DNA from: Botryllus schlosseri
Lineage: Eukaryota
Length of the DNA: 64,000 nucleotides
Reading direction: 5' to 3'
Assembly (NCBI GenBank): GCA_051294905.1
Contig: CM119372.1
Span: 22,880,001-22,944,000, forward strand
Each line of letters begins with the position of its first letter. The stretch's first letter is position 1. This document shows, in pieces, positions 28,807 to 40,735 of this stretch. Under the pieces are notes generated by a model. The model was not told the DNA's origin. It saw nothing but the letters and a program-made list of their open reading frames with translations, and made no database searches. The position numbers and the translations under genes were made by a program.

Positions 28807-31077
28807 CTATATATTGGTATCAATTTTCATGTTCTCTCTGCTCACGTAATCAGATTGACTGGTTGAGCCGAGTGATGCTGTGTTTAAAAAGGTAGGACCA
28901 CTCAATAATAATTAAACATCTTCGGGCGTATACCCGTTGGCAGGAACGAAACAGCACTTCGTCAGGCTCCCTAAAACACCTAGGTTTTGATCTCCCATAG
29001 GGTGATGAACCGACCCCCCGTGCCGTTGTTCGCTTCTGCCACGAAATCAGGATCCCCGTTTAGTGAGCCAGCGTGGAGCGCGAAAATTTTCGATAATTCA
29101 AAATGAAATAGGTCAATAAGATCGGGAATTGCGTATATATTGCTATCAATTACTTGTCCTCTCTGCTTACGTAATCAGATTTACCGGTAGAGCTGAGTGA
29201 GGTGTCTTGGAAACTGTAGGGCCCGTAAATAATAATTAAACATATTCGGACGGGCGAACCCGTTGGTACGACTTCGTTAGATGATGTTATTTGTTATTTC
29301 GCGACCTCCAGTCTGCTATATCAAAAAATATAGAATCGCCCAAACGTACTAAACTAAAAGATGCACACGATTTCAAATTGGTAGTTCTTCACTGGCATAT
29401 ACTTCTTCCCTGCGGGATGGTAGCCTATTTGTCTCGTGACGTTCAGATTGCCAAGACAGGAACATTCGGCGCCAGTCATTTAGGCGCCTATGGTCAATTA
29501 TACCTATATGTATTTTGAATATACATAACGAAGTTTTCGGTCAGCGTAAGAGCAGTCCTTTTCGGCCAAGGTTTTCTCGCTGCCGATCGTTCTGGCACAT
29601 TTCTTGGAGTCGCATGTTACATGGCCTAAAACTTTATATGTCTTCGTGCGTCGTGGCGCGGTAATGGCCAACGCCGATATGCCCTCTTCTATAAATCTTG
29701 CGCATTTTATCTTGGTCGAAGAGTACCCAATAATTAAGGTACTTGGAAACTTGAAATCACGCGCAGCGCGAAAAATCTTTGAAAAAGTTGCATAAAATTT
29801 CATAAAATAATAAAATAATTTATGCTAATTCACTAAATAATTTTGGCCCCCCTTCGAGCTTGCTCCCCCCAATTGGGAGGCTTGGGGTGCGGCAGTTACG
29901 GTCCTGTCAATATACCTATATCTATAGGTACTGCCCGTTCAACTGGAAAGTTAGGGCACATTGCATTGCAACAGCAGTGACGTAATCTTAGCAGTCTACT
30001 CACAACTTTCCTGCAATCCTAATTGAAAACTCCAGACTCCAAGCCAAGCAAGAGTATTTTATAAATGTATTTTTTTTCTTCATAAATCGATTTCTCAATA
30101 TTTTTGTGGGGGCCGCAAGAAGGCTAGCTGGGGGCCGCATGCGGCCCTCAGGGCCGCGGTTGGGAATCACTGGTTTACACAGTATCCGATACAACTTCTC
30201 CGTATTGCTCTTCGACTAAACTACAGGTGCTATAATATGGGGGAGGGTGCCACACCAAGTTATTTCCTAAAACGTGCTGTTCGAGTAAACAGAGGATTAG
30301 TATCGCATTTCGATATATCGATACTATCATTTTCATCCCATCATGCGGACGAACGCTTGTGCTGTCGAAAATTGGATACCTCCTGGTATTCATCAATATG
30401 AATCAAGCCCTGGACCTTTCGCATAGCTCAGTTTGCAGCTTTTGACAATCAATGCGAACGAATTACGATCGTTTTCACAACTACTTACTAACTTGAGTAG
30501 ATTTAAAGTCAGTCAATTCTACTTCTACTTCAAGTAATTTTAGGTCGCTTATAGAAGAAGTACTTCTACTCTTACTTGAGTGGATTTTTCCGTCGCTACT
30601 CATATTTCTACATGAGTAGCTTTCTTGACTACTTTTACCACCTCTGCATTTAAAACAAATGGTGTTTAAAACACTTTGTTTAAAACATGTTTTAAACAGT
30701 GTCTTTAACAAAAGCCTTTTTAAGAAGTTGTAAAACTATGCCATAATTGTGTAAATAAACTCCCAAAAACATGTTGCATGAGCCTATACGGAGAATTACC
30801 ATACCACCCGCTATAGCCAACGTATATCGATATGGGATGGTCGGAACCCTCAAAATGGTCGATTCAACAGCAATAGTACAGATATTTCGTCAAAGGAGCT
30901 TAATTTACCCTATATTTTCAATTGTCAATATCAATCCACTATGACGTCACAACTGAATATTCGTGACGTCATGGCTTTAAAAACAAAACAAAACAAAAAA
31001 AACATGTTTTAAACAAGGGCCTTGTTTTAAACATGTATATGTTTTAAATCGATTTTTGTTTCAAATGTAACCCCAAG

Positions 31078-31325
31078 GGTATTCATGGTGTTTTTCGACT
31101 ACTATGGTCATTTACACCATGCCGATATTCCTTATTTTGGTTCCGTATCTGACGACTTGTAACACGGCTCACTTCTAGTTTTTTTATAAGACATCGCTTA
31201 CGTGGATAAGATGGCGAGGAGGATCCTAGATAGACCTCCAACACTTAGGTAGAAATGCTGGAGTCGACCTCGGCCGGAATCGAATCCACAATCCATTTAA
31301 TGTTGTAGCTGCGGATTATACCACG
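31078..31325 (-). mobile_element. SINE family A copy
   Basis: Reverse complement of the 5549-5830 family, including B-box-like gattcgattccggccgagg. Confidence 0.75.
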
Positions 31326-33263
31326 ACATCATCTTGATTAAGAGTTGTTGATTAGGGAAGCATTTGGAGCGATATTTGTTAAATGGCGCGTCAGGTAATA
31401 GGCCTACATCTGAACATGCCGTATTGCTAGTACGTAGTTCGAGTTCAAATTCAAAAGCTACCACAAGCCGACAGCTACAAAGGATTAAATATTGAAGTTC
31501 ACCAATTAGAGAGCGGTTTAGATTTGTATATGCGGTGCATATGTCGCTGAAAGGGATAATAACGGCTTTAAACGGAATTTCAATCGCGGAAATGTTTTTA
31601 AATTTTACAAAACCGATAACGTCCGCTTCCTCCATTGATATGCCTTTCTTTGATTGCAGCGTAGCAACAACAGCAGACCTATTTCATTTGGGATTCTTGA
31701 TTGATGTTTACTTCTTGTATTCGCCCACATGAGTTATGTGATGATTTTGACTTATCACTATTTTTGACAAAAGAATTACGTGCGAAATATGACGAAGCGT
31801 GAAATGGTTGATTCATACTGAAAACTTGCATTCACAATCCTTCCTTCTCATTTCGTATAGTTCACACGAGTAATGAGCGGATATTGATTTCTGAGAATCA
31901 GATTCCATCCGACATCTCTGAGGAACTATCCGTCCTAATTTGAACAAGCCCAGCCAGAAATTCATGCGAATCCGGATAATGTCGTCCAGAATCCGAAAAA
32001 TCCGAATCGAATAACTTTTCCGAAGAATCCTAATTGTACAGCTCAGCTGAGCGCAGTCTTTACAAAGGCTAAGATTAGGGTTAGCTGATTGTGTCTACCG
32101 TATAGGTATGGTCGAGGCAATGTAATTACCAATTAACTTAAAACAAACAAGCCATTTTTGACCCAACATTATTGATGCAATTTTCCATTTCTGCCACGCG
32201 ACAGTTTGAGCCTAAACTCGGCAATTTGATCTTGTAATAATCCCCGCAAAGGGCTGAACTTAAGGCGAATGTGATAGTCGCTATCTCATACAAAGCTCGA
32301 GTTTCACACGATTCGAGTGACATCAGCCCTCCGATGACCTGCCTCGAGTTTTGATACTGGAGGCGAAATCAATTTGCGATAATAATCTATGTTTACACAT
32401 GATTTCGGAAGACAGGTTAGCAGGATTACATTGAGATCTGATCTTCGATCTGTCCTCATCGCTTCTGTTCTATTTTGCATGTGTTTGCGACTAGCTTAAC
32501 TTTTCCCGCATCACAAATATGGCGATGTCTCCGCCAGAACGCGCTTAAAAAAGAATGACCACTTTTTGCGTATGTCTTTACTTAGAGTTGCTCTACAATT
32601 TAGAAATAAATACGACCCAGGCACGCATCTGGAGAACTATCAATCATGGAATATGTTTCGAGATTAAAGTTGTACAATGTGCAGGAATGTTGATAACCAA
32701 AATCTTGTATAGCTAGTGCGCACTGTGATTTTAACAGCAACACACGTATTTATTGTACTTATTTTCATATATACTGATGGTAGTGTTCGGTGTGCTTCAG
32801 ACTGCGCTACTTCTCATTGAGTATAGCACATGGATACCGTGTCCGCCTCCGGTACCACGAGAGCGACTTTTGTCATATATGTCAATGGTTTGTGGTCGCT
32901 TCAAAAACCTTATCCGCTCTCTCAAGCCGAATTTCCTCGTGCAACACGGAAAACCGGATTTTCGGTTTCGCGCTTCTATTTCACAGAACAGTTATTCAAT
33001 CGCTACATGTAGCCTATACTGCCGAATGTTCAGTAACAAGCTCAAGGCGTCACTGGCGTTCCATTAGTAAACGATGCAGCGTCACCGTATTCGTGCTGGC
33101 TAACAAGATCCAAAGTTCATTTCATTTCATTCTGAGACATAGCACATCAAAGACGGAAACTCCCAACTTCCGACTTAATCATCGCCGGAAGAACTTGAAG
33201 AATACGGAATCGACCGGCCTTTATAATGTGACACACGATCCAAATCCACTTGCAATGCGATCA

Positions 33264-34481
33264 TTAGTCGCGTCGAAGCATTATTGTCGCCCGGTGCAAA
33301 CCTTCAATCTCTTCATTCAAATTACGGTATTCGGCGAAACACAGCTTCAATAATCCGATCATAAATAGCGAGTGGTATACTGCGTTGTGGTTGAATTCCG
33401 GCGGTAACGGACACGGTACGTTCTCAGAAGCTCCAAAGCCGCAGCGGAATGACAGAAAGTACTGGGTAAGACCAGATGCAATCATAACCATTAATCCGAC
33501 ACATCGTAAAGTACAAGCTCTTAGCCTTCTACTCTGTAGGCAATCATCTTGTGTGCGCGGCTGACTTTTGAGATCTTTCACACTACTTCCCGGCGAAGCG
33601 CTGCCGGTGTCGGAAGAGCTCAAGAGATCGCACTGCGAAATGTTGGCGACCGGGTCCGTGTTTCGAGTGTCGGTTCTCATCTGCATGCCGTCCACGAGAA
33701 TTAGGAATGCATTAACTGTGTAAATCAGCAAAGATATTCCTATGAGGTACACCATCGCCGAAAGAGTCCACATCTCTTCAATGCCTTCCAGTAGTCCCGG
33801 ATTTTGCATAGAGCGTACCTGGTTAATGGCGGTTGATACTGCGGTGCACGCTTGAAGCACGCAAAACAATAATAACAACACGAAACAAACGTTTTCCATC
33901 ACACGCATTCGCTTTTTCACGAAGACAAAAACAGTTTTCAAATTGGACTTATATCTTCTGTTATCAGTTGGTATTTCAATAGCTCTTTGAGGGTGGTATG
34001 TGCAAGAAACCAGAACGTGCAAAGAGGTCAGCGCTAAAAATACTGCGAATGCGGTCGCAAAAAGCTTCGCCACGTGCCACGCAAAATACAGTGGTATGAC
34101 TTGAATTAAGAGGTCCGCGTCTGCTTCTTGCCCGACACCGGGAACTTGAACATGGTTAATGAAATGGTGCGCCACGCCGGCGATAAAATGCATGAATCCG
34201 CACGCGAATAGCGCCCCGGTAATGGAATTTTTGATATCGATAATGTTCTGGTGGCGTGACATTCTCTGTAGTTTTGTTTCTTGTCGGTCATCGCCCGGAA
34301 CTTTAGAAGGTGATGTTTCCCGGCCGATGTTAAGATGCTTATCGCTTCGATTTCCATCTATACGTCGGAATATTTCAGCGATCACGAAAATCACGATAGC
34401 GTTTATGTAGTCTGTGACGTAAGTGGCGGTTGCAGAGTCCAGTCCCAGGATGTAGGTTGACGAAGATGACGCGTTGACCAT
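33264..34481 (-). CDS. Single-exon ~405-aa multi-pass membrane protein, CREST-superfamily/DUF6962-like putative metal-dependent membrane hydrolase
   Basis: By far the longest ORF in the window; first ATG at 34481 (MVNASSS...); about 7 hydrophobic segments; motifs TYVTDY, AGVAHHF and FNHNAVYH. The family assignment comes from recalled motifs, not a search. Confidence 0.75.
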   Translation of the reverse strand: MVNASSSSTYILGLDSATATYVTDYINAIVIFVIAEIFRRIDGNRSDKHLNIGRETSPSKVPGDDRQETKLQRMSRHQNIIDIKNSITGALFACGFMHFIAGVAHHFINHVQVPGVGQEADADLLIQVIPLYFAWHVAKLFATAFAVFLALTSLHVLVSCTYHPQRAIEIPTDNRRYKSNLKTVFVFVKKRMRVMENVCFVLLLLFCVLQACTAVSTAINQVRSMQNPGLLEGIEEMWTLSAMVYLIGISLLIYTVNAFLILVDGMQMRTDTRNTDPVANISQCDLLSSSDTGSASPGSSVKDLKSQPRTQDDCLQSRRLRACTLRCVGLMVMIASGLTQYFLSFRCGFGASENVPCPLPPEFNHNAVYHSLFMIGLLKLCFAEYRNLNEEIEGLHRATIMLRRD

Positions 34482-34740
34482 ACTCGAAGGCAGATGAACT
34501 ACTGATATCTGCAAACAACTCGCGGATTAGTTACGTCGCAGCGTGCGCAAATTTCGGAAATGTCACACCATACATTATCTGCTTCTATTCAAAATTCGTA
34601 TTACTCGATTTTATCGTTTCAATATAACGTACATCGTACCGGATAATCTGATCAAGAGTCGAATATTGAGTCGAATTCATGTGTAATAAGGGACTTGTCG
34701 GAATCGTGAGTTATACATCAAAACATTGGTATGTTACTAC

Positions 34741-35065
34741 CAGGGCTGTGGAGTCGGAGTCACTGAAATTTTGTAACAACCTTTGGAGTCGCAGTCGGAG
34801 TGAGCAAACATATGCTGAGTCGGAGTTTGCGAAATTGCTATGACCCCAACCATGCACTCTAAAATCGAACTAAATGATTTTAAATGCTACTAAAAAGTCC
34901 CGTTGCTAACTTAATGTCTTTCCGCGAGGACATTTTCTTTAATATTTCGGAATGGATTGACAAGAATCCCGGAGTTAAAGTTCTGTGAAGAAAATATTAG
35001 GATCCGGAGCTGGAGTGACATCCGGTGTTGGATCGATGGTAAAATGAATCGACTCCACCTCTCTG
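34741..35065. mobile_element. MITE with ggagtc repeats, upstream of the membrane-protein gene
   Basis: Termini cagggctgtggagtcg / cgactccacctctctg; TSD not conserved. Confidence 0.55.
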
Positions 35066-38000
35066 ATGCACACTATAGGGGCAGATATAGAAATGAAAAC
35101 CAGGAGCATTTGCTTGCTTCCTCCCGCTAGCGCAGCTCATGTATGCATGGGAATCCAGAGCTATGACAAGGTGGTTTGGCGATCGTTGGCAGAATGGCGC
35201 GACTACGAGCGATGACGTAGCCCACGATTTTCTTGGCACGTGTTGCAACAATAATTTCAAGTTGTGATCAAGTGCTTTTTCGATTAGATGTGAAGGAGAA
35301 ATGCGATGTCACCGTATAGTAGTAATTTATAATCCTGTTTATTAAAGGTTTTGCGGGTAGGTTAACAGTACTGTACGAAACCACGCGCAGGACATTCCAT
35401 ACCGATGTATAAGTCCTGCGATATTTAGGATTGTGCAATATTCGAGCTAGGGGTAAAAGCTTAACTGGATGATAGCCTAATTACACGAATAATTATTTGA
35501 GTGCTAATGAAGGTAGCGGTCATTTGAGTGACAAATATTTCAAGCTCATTTCAGTAACTGTTCGTTTGACGGAGAATGCAGATAAAGGTTATTTGCTGGG
35601 CAAATATTTCAAGCTCATGTAGGTCTGTTTCATTTGAGTGACAATGTCAGGATGGGATTGTAGGTTCATGGGTTTTGGGCTATGTGATTCGACTTTAGAT
35701 GGGGTTAGGGTTAAAGTTTACGGGGTCGAATGATTCAAATAAAGCATTTCCATGTGTCAACAATTCTATTTCTCTCTCTCTCTCAAATGAGTGATCATAA
35801 CGTTATTTTTAAATGTGTCATGAAATTGACTTGTCGATCAGTTGACATACAACAAAACTGGGAATAAGTCCTAGCTACTAGCGCTCCGTTTTTAGCTCGA
35901 AGGCGTAAAAGCCTAAAGCCGTTCGTCATATATGTCTGCGCAATCCAGACGATGGATCCAAATTAAAATACTGCCATATGGTAGTATTTTACTTACATAA
36001 AAGTGGAATAATACAGGCTAGTGCCCTTCTTACCAGTGACACCTTTCCAACTATGAATCCATGCAAGCAATTTTACTATACAATCGTGCAACACACATTT
36101 ACCCGCTCTCGGCTACAATTGCATAATAGTAGGCCTACTACAGTACTGCACGGGTGCGACAGCAGATTTACAAAAGGGTTATTCTTATCTGGACATGTGA
36201 CATTGACAATAATAATCTACTCGGAAACAGTTGCAACATCTTAATGTAACTTTAAACAGATTACTCTTAGTCATATTTGATATTATATCAAAGATTTAGT
36301 ACAAGTTATGTTAACTTTCGTTTTAGGAATAATAATAAAAGTCTATAGAAGAGAATTCGACATATTAGTATTCGAAAGTTTTCAATATCTCCAGCGAAGA
36401 CAGGCGCTTTAAAGATAAGTCTCACAATATCGAAGTATTGACGATAGGCGCTTTGCCTTGTTGGATTATCGAATAACCGGTGTAAGAGGGGGAAGAGCAA
36501 GATGTATTGGAACCATCATGAGTTTGAAATGCAGATTTCTAACAAATCTATAAGAACCAGTATTTCTTAGGATGGAATGTTTGACAGCATTTACAGGCGA
36601 ACATTAATTTATAATGGACAATCAACCTATCACATGGGGATGCCGCCTTGCTATATGCTTCGCAAACATGTCCTCAACTATATATAATAATCTGACTCAG
36701 CTATTTTCAATTTTCTCTTGAATAATATATATGCATGCTGTAAGCTGCTCGAGAAATGATAATAAAAAGTGAAGCTCCCGTAATATTGCACAGGTGTATC
36801 TGAATCATGCACTTGTTGCTTTCATATCGACGCTATTCTCAACCATTGTTTTTCTCAAGAATTTCAAGATAAATAATAATAGATACCTCGATATCAATGA
36901 AGTTATGAAAGAAACTTTCTTCACAAAATTCACAAAAGTTGAAATCCTTAGCAATGTGTATAACATAGACAACACAGACAATTATCACGTACAGTTCTTG
37001 CTATCATCACAGTTCGCGCGGCTAAGTAAGTTTCATAAATCAAGCCACGCCGCCGGCCGAAGGACACCCTCGTTGCACGAGTAAACGCCTTCCGCTATAC
37101 TTCTACTGTGCTTTTACTATGACAGTCACTTTATTTTGGTTTTTGTGACCCGTTATGTCACCTTCTTTATAGTAGCTGATACCCAAATCGTTTGACCTCT
37201 GACTCCGTAACTTGTGGTGGTGTTAGAAGGCTTAGTAATAACCAGATTCATCATTTCGCAACGGAAGGATCGGCATTCCCGCATTACCTAGCAGTCTGTC
37301 AATGCTCGACGCCTAAGGCGGCCGAGCGAAAATTCCTATTGGTGTTTTTGGTTACGGAAATTATGTACTTCTCACAAATGAACATTTCGTGACTGCACAG
37401 TGCACATAACGTTTGTCCGACATCTGTACTAAAATTGATTCAGAAACAAGTCGACTACTACAAACGTTTATATAAATGCAGAGGCAGCCACGTTCGGGAC
37501 AGCGAGTATCATTTTCAGTACAATTTACATAGTAAATTAGTAACTATAGGAATGGTGCAAGTCCTTCAGAGATTCTGGTTCGTGCGAACACGAGCTTCGT
37601 TGAAGGGTTCGCCGTGAACACGAACGCGAACACAAACATATGACTTCGTTGGGAAGTCAAACATGGATCACTTTTTCCTTGTGTTGACGCCTCTATCTGC
37701 CTAAGATATTTCGAGAGTAGTAGTCAAATTTGGGGTTGGTATCGTTGGAAATATCTCACTCACGACGATATGACTAGAGCTAATTGTCTTATTGCGATAT
37801 TATCGCAACTATTGGTAGTAGAGGTTTACCCTAATTCATATCCAGTATTATGCTGGGCTGCTCATATAGAATCGTCGAAGTCCATCAGCAATTATGGAAC
37901 TCATGGCGCCAAATATCATTTGAGGTTGCATGAGGCACAGCATGCCCCGCTACTCCGCAGGACAATAAGCTCATGATCTCGCTCTTGTCCATTAGGGCCA

Positions 38001-38158
38001 GGCACGTAACCGTGGTGGGAGGCTTAGTTAAATTTCCCTTTCTGCTGCCACAGTTAATGCAGTGAGTGATAAGAATGTCAAAATTATGGACGTTTGGATA
38101 AAAAAAGGCTATGATTACTGCACAAAAATATCCACGGTGCAGAATCTATATCAAGGTA

Positions 38159-38654
38159 TCATGTCCCCAGATTTATCAGAACACGTGCGTCACGCGATGT
38201 GAAAAGCTCACCCTTAACTCATCCACTTAAGATTGATGCTGATCGATCAAAGGCAATTAATTCTGCCATCGGCAAACATCTGTTGGATAATCCGATTTGT
38301 GCGAATAATTATCGAGACGACCGATTTCGAATCGTAGGTCGAGGCCGTTCACAATTCCATTTGTGTGCCTTGGAATCAACTTTTATCAAAATACACCAAC
38401 CAAAACTCTGTCAACAAAAGGAGTTCGTGTATCACCTAAAAATAGTACATTGAACGCTCTCTCATTCGAAATTTCATGCTGGTGACGTCATATTTTGTGA
38501 TACGATTGTTGATATACAATGTTCTTTCCAATTCTCTACTAGTTGCTGACGATTACCCCTGACGAGTGTCAGCCGAAAATATTCGGGTTCATTTCAATAT
38601 GAATATACTATTTAATTGTATATTGAAGTTCTGTACCTCCAAGAAGCTCTTCAA
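38159..38654 (+). mobile_element. 5'-truncated Penelope-like element: GIY-YIG endonuclease C-terminus plus terminal repeat
   Basis: ORF 38199-38453 SAIGKHLLDN...FRIVGRG...LCALESTFIKIHQPKLCQQ matches the SA..H..., LE..FI...P.L pattern of PLE GIY-YIG domains; 11-bp TSD atatcaaggta (38148-38158, 38655-38665). Confidence 0.9.
38545..38588 (+). ncRNA. Minimal type I hammerhead ribozyme motif, copy 3
   Basis: gctgacgattacccctgacgagtgtcagccgaaaatattcgggt, in sense orientation ~90 nt downstream of the PLE stop codon. Confidence 0.82.
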
Positions 38655-40307
38655 ATATCAAGGTAACCTCATGGATCAGTAAGGTTCGCATAACGAACAC
38701 GACCGTGAACCGAACGTTCACACCATCCCAACAGTAATCATATTCATTTGCCTTTGAATTTTATTTTTTCATACAACATTATACCACCAACTAATGAAAT
38801 GAGGCACACGTAAAGGGGTTTTAATTTATGATTGTATCTCTTATTGAAGTTGACGTGAAAGTTGCTGAATGCCCTATTGGAAAGTAGGCCTATTAGACGA
38901 CTGTCACGTATGCAGTTGTTATGTTCCTCATGTAATCCGATTTACTTATTGGGTTTTACGGCTGAGCGAAAATTCGAAAATAGATATGTTCTTATTAGAA
39001 AAGTGACTGCTGCGGAGTATTTATGTATGCTTACATGTTTTGCAATCATATGCCGCACGACGTTTCTCTTTCAATGCATTACCAAAGAGACGGAGTCAGA
39101 TTAATCGGTATTGTCGAATAAATGGGACGAAGGGACAGTAATATAGATGCAAACAAAGTAAGTGAGACATTTAGTATTCAGTACGCCAATGTGTGACTTT
39201 GAATTTCGAAGAACCAATTGGAAGAGTCAAGAGAAATATCACTAGTACTGAAGCTTCATTACTGTGCATGAGTAATAGTTGTCGGATATATCCTCCGTTT
39301 GGGTTTTTCATGGCATTTACTTTTGTGATTAATAACGGGAATTTTTCAGATCGCCCGGAAAGCAATTCGCGGTATGCGCAGTTATTCGCTATAAATAATT
39401 GAGCATATCTTCAGGGAACGGGGTGGCTCTCAATTTTCATGTTTAGAGTGAACCATTGCGTTTCCTTTCCTATTAGAACAGGCATCATCTACCATCCCAA
39501 ACAACTGTGCAGTATGACATGGTCAGGAGTGTATTATGATCTTTATAACGGAGTCCTTTGTGATTATAGATTTCCCATAAAAGTATACACTATAAAGCGC
39601 GTAATGTCTGGATATTACATATCAAATTGATGCATTCACACTTATATATTTCAGATTCATTTGGTATGTAATATAGTGGTGACATTGCTCAGGAACGTAA
39701 GTGACGTGACAAATTCTGTGCCCGCTTGGATATTTCATGTGTAACATTACGATATCAGTTTTGTTCATTTCATCTCTATGTGCCTATTGGGTGATCATCA
39801 ACTGAGCGACAACTGTCTCGAGTGTCAGTGTATTTGATTGACAAATGTCAATGACGTACATTTCAGTGACAGACATTCGGCTGTCGGAACCATCAATCAA
39901 CTGGATTTTCAGGATCTACGATTGGTTAAGTTGAGTTAGAACAGTGGTACCTACCGGTCTCCCAGGTGTGGCGTGGGCCCGCAGCTTCCTCTGGAACGTC
40001 GTCTCTGGATTCCACCCCAGAGCCCTCGGCAATTTTCTTATCGTAATTGTCGCAAGAATCTTTTGTCGTTGATTTGAATTATGACATCATAGAGGTGCAA
40101 AGAATAATCTACCGAAGCAATTGTAAGCGCGGTAAAGTGACGGTAACGCTTTTGCCATTATGCTTTAGCATCGCACAGTTTGATCGACTTTAATCTAACT
40201 AGAAACCGATTTTGGCAATCAGTGAGCGACGAGAGCTCACTTTACTTCCGAGCGGGGCCTACGATATCGTAAGGATCGCTACTGATGCGTGTCGTTCGAC
40301 ATCCTCC

Positions 40308-40735
40308 CAGAGATGAGCATGGATTAGGATTAGGGTTTTGAAAAAACAGGATTTGTGAAATTTTGTCGGATTTGGATTGGATTTGGATTAGATATTTTTT
40401 TCAGAACGGATTAGGATTTGGATTGGATTGAACTATTTTCTGGGAGATTGAAATGTCGTGTGGCGAATGGCGACAAACTTTATTCAGATCAGTTATTAAT
40501 GTACTAATGGTTACTAAGTTATCTTGAATCAAGTGAATCGTTGGTTGTGAAAGAAAATTTTCGAATCCCTCCATTGCATAAATTAATATTTTTTCTGAAT
40601 TTCCAGTTAGAATCGGATTAGGATTGGACATGGACTTGAATATGAAAAAGTTATGGATTAGGATTTGGATTTGGATTCGAAGGTTCGGATTTGGATTGGA
40701 TTAGGACATAGAAATTTCAAATCCGCTCATCTCTG
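40308..40735. mobile_element. hAT-type MITE with ggatt repeats
   Basis: TIR cagagatgagc / gctcatctctg; perfect TSD catcctcc (40300-40307, 40736-40743). Confidence 0.9.

Larger units (their letters stand above)
26776..30172. mobile_element. Composite non-autonomous hAT element carrying a LINE and a MITE
   Basis: TIR cagtggttcccaacc / ggttgggaatcactg; perfect TSD gtttacac (26768-26775, 30173-30180). Confidence 0.9.
25997..30646. mobile_element. hAT-type element with AGTA/TACT repeats, interrupted by 26776-30172
   Basis: Segments 25997-26775 plus 30181-30646 are collinear with the uninterrupted copy 44855-46146; termini cagagatggt / accacctctg; TSD not recognisable. Confidence 0.85.

Noticed and set aside
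32753..33353. Plus-strand ORFs of 104 and 187 aa
   Set aside because: Non-ATG starts, no recognisable motif, antisense to the 3' end of the membrane-protein gene
35695..35720. ttaggg-like motifs (also ~32070-32085) as interstitial telomere
   Set aside because: Only one or two imperfect units
38148..38158. Sequence-specific Penelope targeting (two TSDs contain atatcaa)
   Set aside because: The elements are in opposite orientations, the third TSD differs, and three AT-rich sites are too few
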